IMG/VR virus record: IMGVR_UViG_3300037851_000865
Span: 1-29,231 of that record
DNA: 29,231 nucleotides
Strand: one strand, 5' to 3'
DNA from: a virus
A model generated the notes under the pieces. That model worked only from the letters and a program-made list of their open reading frames with translations. It made no database searches and was not told the DNA's origin. The position numbers and the translations under genes were made by a program. Every line of letters begins with the position of its first letter. The first letter of the stretch is position 1. Below, piece by piece: positions 26,048-29,231 of this stretch.

Positions 26048-26087
26048 AAACAAAAACGCCCACCCCCAACATGTTGGGGACAGGCGC
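26048..26087 (-). terminator. Rho-independent terminator upstream of the HNH/helicase genes
   Basis: CGCCTGT-CCCCAAC-AT-GTTGGGG-GTGGGCG followed by TTTTTGTTT; perfect 16-bp palindrome at 26064-26079. Confidence 0.7.
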
Positions 26088-26111
26088 TCCGGGTGTACCA
26101 AGATGCGGGGC

Positions 26112-26459
26112 TCAGACGGATGGAACGTCTTCGGCGGTACCGAGAAACTCCCCAATACCTCCTGATGGAATGCGCAGTCCTCGTGTGTCCTCTGACGATG
26201 CATCGGGTGTCATGACACTATCTGACTCGAAGTGCGCTCGAGCCACGTCTTCTTCCACAGCTTCGAAGAGCGCACGCATAGCTCGGTTGGTTTTCTCGGA
26301 CCACTGCACGGCCGTAGCATCCACCCAGCCGTGCGTTTGACCTGTTCGAGAGTTGGTGAGGGCTGCGAGCACCTCAATCTTAGGCAGCTCACGAAGACGG
26401 TCGATGCTGAACTTCGCGAGCGATACCTGGTCTGCTTTTAGTCTACCCTGGACGGCCAT
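26112..26459 (-). CDS. Hypothetical protein
   Basis: 115 aa, SD-like AGGTG, fits the operon packing. Confidence 0.55.
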   Translation of the reverse strand: MAVQGRLKADQVSLAKFSIDRLRELPKIEVLAALTNSRTGQTHGWVDATAVQWSEKTNRAMRALFEAVEEDVARAHFESDSVMTPDASSEDTRGLRIPSGGIGEFLGTAEDVPSV

Positions 26460-26766
26460 GTTTCACCTGCAGCGGCGGGGCCTCGATGAAGCTAGCCGCG
26501 TCGTTTACGAGTTCCACAGCTTTCCAGAAGCTTGCTTCACCCGCAAGGTTGATGGCTGCTTCTGTCTGAGGACACTCAACCGTGACGGTGACACTTACTT
26601 TGAGGGAGCCGTAATCGTGGGAGGTGCCCGCGGTCACAGATACCTTAGACGTGGCGTATCCGGCAGCTCTAGCCTGTGCAACTTGCGCGGAGAGCGGGGA
26701 GAAAGGCTCTGACCCTACTTGGTCGGACTTCCACCCGTAGCGCTCCAACGTGACGCTCCAATCCAT
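26443..26766 (-). CDS. Hypothetical protein
   Basis: 107 aa, TAATG coupling; beta-hairpin KVSVT...DYGSLKVSVTVTVEC followed by a helix. Confidence 0.55.
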   Translation of the reverse strand: MDWSVTLERYGWKSDQVGSEPFSPLSAQVAQARAAGYATSKVSVTAGTSHDYGSLKVSVTVTVECPQTEAAINLAGEASFWKAVELVNDAASFIEAPPLQVKHGRPG

Positions 26767-27188
26767 TAGAGCGTCACCTTTTCTGGCGTCTTGTATTTAG
26801 GTGTTGTCTTACGCACCTCGTCAGCAACTTCCTTTGGGATGTTACCGGCCGCGATGTTCATGTCGACGCGCTTCTTGTCCAAAGAGCGTACCTTCTGGAG
26901 CTCCTCCTGCCCTCCGAGCGCCAGGAACTTATCCCGGCCCATCATCTCGTAGAGCGCATTCGCGTCGTACTTGGTCTGCGTTTGGTACGCGTCGAATGGG
27001 CCGCAGGATACCTGCCGAGCTCGTACTACCTGTTCAGCAGCCGACAGCTTGTCGTTGTACTCTCGGACGATTTCCTCAAGTCCTTCGAAGACAGGCGCGT
27101 GCTGCGCCTTGTAGTTGTCGAGCTCCTGCTTCACGCGAAGGAACTCGGCAACTTCGGGAATTTCGTTGGGGTCAATCTTATCGGGCAT
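26766..27188 (-). CDS. Hypothetical coiled-coil protein
   Basis: Likely start MPDKIDP (ATG 27188, AGGA upstream); helical N-half and a short beta/basic C-half. Confidence 0.55.
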   Translation of the reverse strand: MPDKIDPNEIPEVAEFLRVKQELDNYKAQHAPVFEGLEEIVREYNDKLSAAEQVVRARQVSCGPFDAYQTQTKYDANALYEMMGRDKFLALGGQEELQKVRSLDKKRVDMNIAAGNIPKEVADEVRKTTPKYKTPEKVTL

Positions 27189-27975
27189 TGGTGATTCCTG
27201 GGATTTCTTCAACGATGCGGTTGTAGAGGTTTCGGATAAGGGTGAAGGTGCTGACAAACGACTCGACAGGGCTGCCTGGTCGCATGTCTTGTGCGTTCGA
27301 GTTTACGAACGTTGGGTGAAGGCTGATGACGCACAGATAGTTGACAGTGTTCTGCTCGATAGGAGCAACCACCTGGCCTTTTGTGATACGTACCCAGCGC
27401 TTCTTCTTGTCCGTCAACTTGGGCACAAATCCAGCACCTGGGATGCTGATGCTGTGTGTCGTACCATTTTCCGCCTGCACAGATACGGACCTGCGGAGTA
27501 GTGCTTCTGCCGCCACACCCCCAAGCGCGACGATGAGGACAGGGTCCACCATGTAGATTTCTTCCTCGAGGCGTGTTCGGCAGGCGCCCAGCTGCGTGGC
27601 ATTGGGAGCTTGGTCGATGACGTAAGGAGAACCGTCGCGGTTGATGGAAGGTTGCCCCTCCGCATTGAAGTGTTGAGCACAGCCACGGCAGGATACGCAG
27701 TTGGTGAAGTAAACCTCGTTGCTGAGTCCCAACTTGTCCAGTGTTGTGTGGAGAATGTCCTGCGAGCTTCTGCTCATGAAAGGACGTCCTGCTTCTTGGT
27801 CTTCCTTGGTTGGGGCATCCCCGACAATCATAATCTTGCCAGGAACGCCTTCACCAAAGACAAATGCGCTTTTCGTAGCCTGTCGGTACTGACCGAGGTT
27901 GCAGGCAGTGCAGTGTTCCCATTCCGCTCGAAGGACTGGGAGAGTCTTGTTAATGTCCGGGCCTGACAAGTCCAC
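27178..27975 (-). CDS. Family-4 uracil-DNA glycosylase-like protein
   Basis: CTACNL, VFGEG, IVGDAP..ED..GRPF, YFTN.V.C, C..RLEEEI..VDP.LIVALG..AA, LHP. Confidence 0.85.
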   Translation of the reverse strand: MDLSGPDINKTLPVLRAEWEHCTACNLGQYRQATKSAFVFGEGVPGKIMIVGDAPTKEDQEAGRPFMSRSSQDILHTTLDKLGLSNEVYFTNCVSCRGCAQHFNAEGQPSINRDGSPYVIDQAPNATQLGACRTRLEEEIYMVDPVLIVALGGVAAEALLRRSVSVQAENGTTHSISIPGAGFVPKLTDKKKRWVRITKGQVVAPIEQNTVNYLCVISLHPTFVNSNAQDMRPGSPVESFVSTFTLIRNLYNRIVEEIPGITNAR

Positions 27976-28354
27976 CTCCGCTTGTGGGCACGATGAGCCC
28001 TGCTTCTTGCGCTCTCAACTGCTGAAGATGTTCCTGCGTCCTTGCGACCTGCGCCATGTAGGTCTCGCGGTCATCTGCGTGTAGCTTCGATAGATAGATG
28101 ACACTGGCGACGTTGTAGTGCTTCATCTTCACCGGATGAAGACAGTTGTCCACCGGGAAGGCGGACGTTGTTCGTCGGAGCATGACGCGGCCGTCTGGTG
28201 TAGGAGTCGGGATGTTCTCCGTCTTGACCTCGTAGGTCTCGTTTGTGACCAGCTCATTCCCATCGTCCTTGTCGATGTGGCCTAAGTAGCGCATGCCGGA
28301 GCTTGATTCGATTATTGCCCAAAGGCTGTTTTCAGGTCGGGTGCTTTCTGCCAT
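27950..28354 (-). CDS. Hypothetical protein (beta-rich, possibly Sm/SH3-like)
   Basis: SD GAGGA; WAIIESSSGMRYLGHI strand pattern and a C-terminal helix ending AGLIVP. Confidence 0.55.
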   Translation of the reverse strand: MAESTRPENSLWAIIESSSGMRYLGHIDKDDGNELVTNETYEVKTENIPTPTPDGRVMLRRTTSAFPVDNCLHPVKMKHYNVASVIYLSKLHADDRETYMAQVARTQEHLQQLRAQEAGLIVPTSGGGLVRPGH

Positions 28355-29231
28355 GATGTCCTCGCGGGATTGTTAACACTTTCAAAATCGAAGGGGCCTC
28401 CCTCATCGACAGGCCAGTTGCGGAGATGCTTCTCCAAGTTTTTGCACATACCGTGGCACGGTCCGACATCGTCGCGGTAGAACACAACGATGCACTTCTT
28501 CTTGCCAGGCTTGGGTCGTCCAGTGATACGCCCCATCAGCTGTTGAAGACCGCCTTTATTGGAGAACGGCGAGGAGACCAGGATGGTATCCAGGTGCGGG
28601 GCATCGAGCCCTTCTTTGCCGTACTTCATGATGGCGAACGTCACCATTCTGGTTCGTACGAACTCTTGACGTTTGCTGGCGGGAACGCCGTAGACCATGA
28701 AGCCCGCGGTGCTCTTCGCCTCAACGAGTGCGTCGATGAACTCACGCCTACGTTTTTCGTGCAGACGAAGCAGCTTCTTGTATACCTCGTACTTCTTCCA
28801 GTTAGTCTCGAGCTCTATGAGTTTCTGAGAGTTTCTGGTGTTTGTTGCTGGTTGCGTTTTTGGGTCGTTTGCAAGCTTCATGCATTTATGTTTCTGACGC
28901 TCCAGCTCCTTTTCCAGCTTCTGCCCGTCGATGTCTGAGAGCTCGAGCGGGTCCTCTTTTTCGCCAATCTCTGCTGGTAGAGGAAACGGAATGTCGGTGA
29001 TGAGCTTTGCATTGGACCCGTAGGTCCATACCGCCATGAGGTTCACCACCTCGTCCACGCTGTTTCCGACGACCAAAACGCGTCGGCCGGTACTGACTGC
29101 ATCCACCGCATCCTGGATGATGCGGAACAGACGAGGCTTCCATCGCCCGAAGTAACGAAATACTTTGGAGGCGTGGAGCTCTTTGTTCTTGTCTAAGACG
29201 TCACAGCTCGGGTCGGTGAGGTCTAGCGACA
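28312..29231 (-). CDS. Superfamily 2 helicase, C-terminal part (5' end beyond the window)
   Basis: Frame open to the window edge; RRVLVV, motif V KEGLDAPHLDT, motif VI QLMGRITGR. Confidence 0.85.
   Translation of the reverse strand, partial: SLDLTDPSCDVLDKNKELHASKVFRYFGRWKPRLFRIIQDAVDAVSTGRRVLVVGNSVDEVVNLMAVWTYGSNAKLITDIPFPLPAEIGEKEDPLELSDIDGQKLEKELERQKHKCMKLANDPKTQPATNTRNSQKLIELETNWKKYEVYKKLLRLHEKRRREFIDALVEAKSTAGFMVYGVPASKRQEFVRTRMVTFAIMKYGKEGLDAPHLDTILVSSPFSNKGGLQQLMGRITGRPKPGKKKCIVVFYRDDVGPCHGMCKNLEKHLRNWPVDEGGPFDFESVNNPARTSWQKAPDLKTAFGQ

Noticed and set aside
1-29231. tRNA, rRNA, integrase or att site
   Set aside because: Intergenic gaps are very short and none shows a cloverleaf; no integrase motif seen, so lifestyle cannot be settled from this window.

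Overview
This window is an internal ~29 kb segment of a tailed dsDNA bacteriophage genome (Caudoviricetes-like; host not determinable), made of two convergent gene blocks. The plus strand (1-13515) carries virion distal-tail genes: fibre/spike proteins, a large baseplate-wedge-like protein and two tandem paralogous fibre-attachment-like proteins. These are followed by a lysis-like membrane cassette that has no recognisable endolysin but contains a HExxH metallopeptidase and a stand-alone inorganic-pyrophosphatase-like protein. The minus strand (13553-29231) is a replication/recombination operon: SF2 helicase (truncated), family-4 UDG, HNH-AP2 homing endonuclease, DnaB-like helicase, primase, Zn-rich putative SSB, family A DNA polymerase, RecA-like recombinase, Hjc-like nuclease, Cas4-like exonuclease, a coiled-coil protein (possibly UvsY-like), RusA and a Pro/Gln/Met-rich low-complexity protein. 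The most unusual spot is the HNH insertion at the 5' end of the DnaB-like helicase. The helicase frame runs 48 codons upstream of its first ATG to an ACG with a good Shine-Dalgarno, and the HNH is flanked by short direct repeats, complementary sequences and a uORF ending GGA-TAA. All product calls come from motif recognition by eye; no database search was run.
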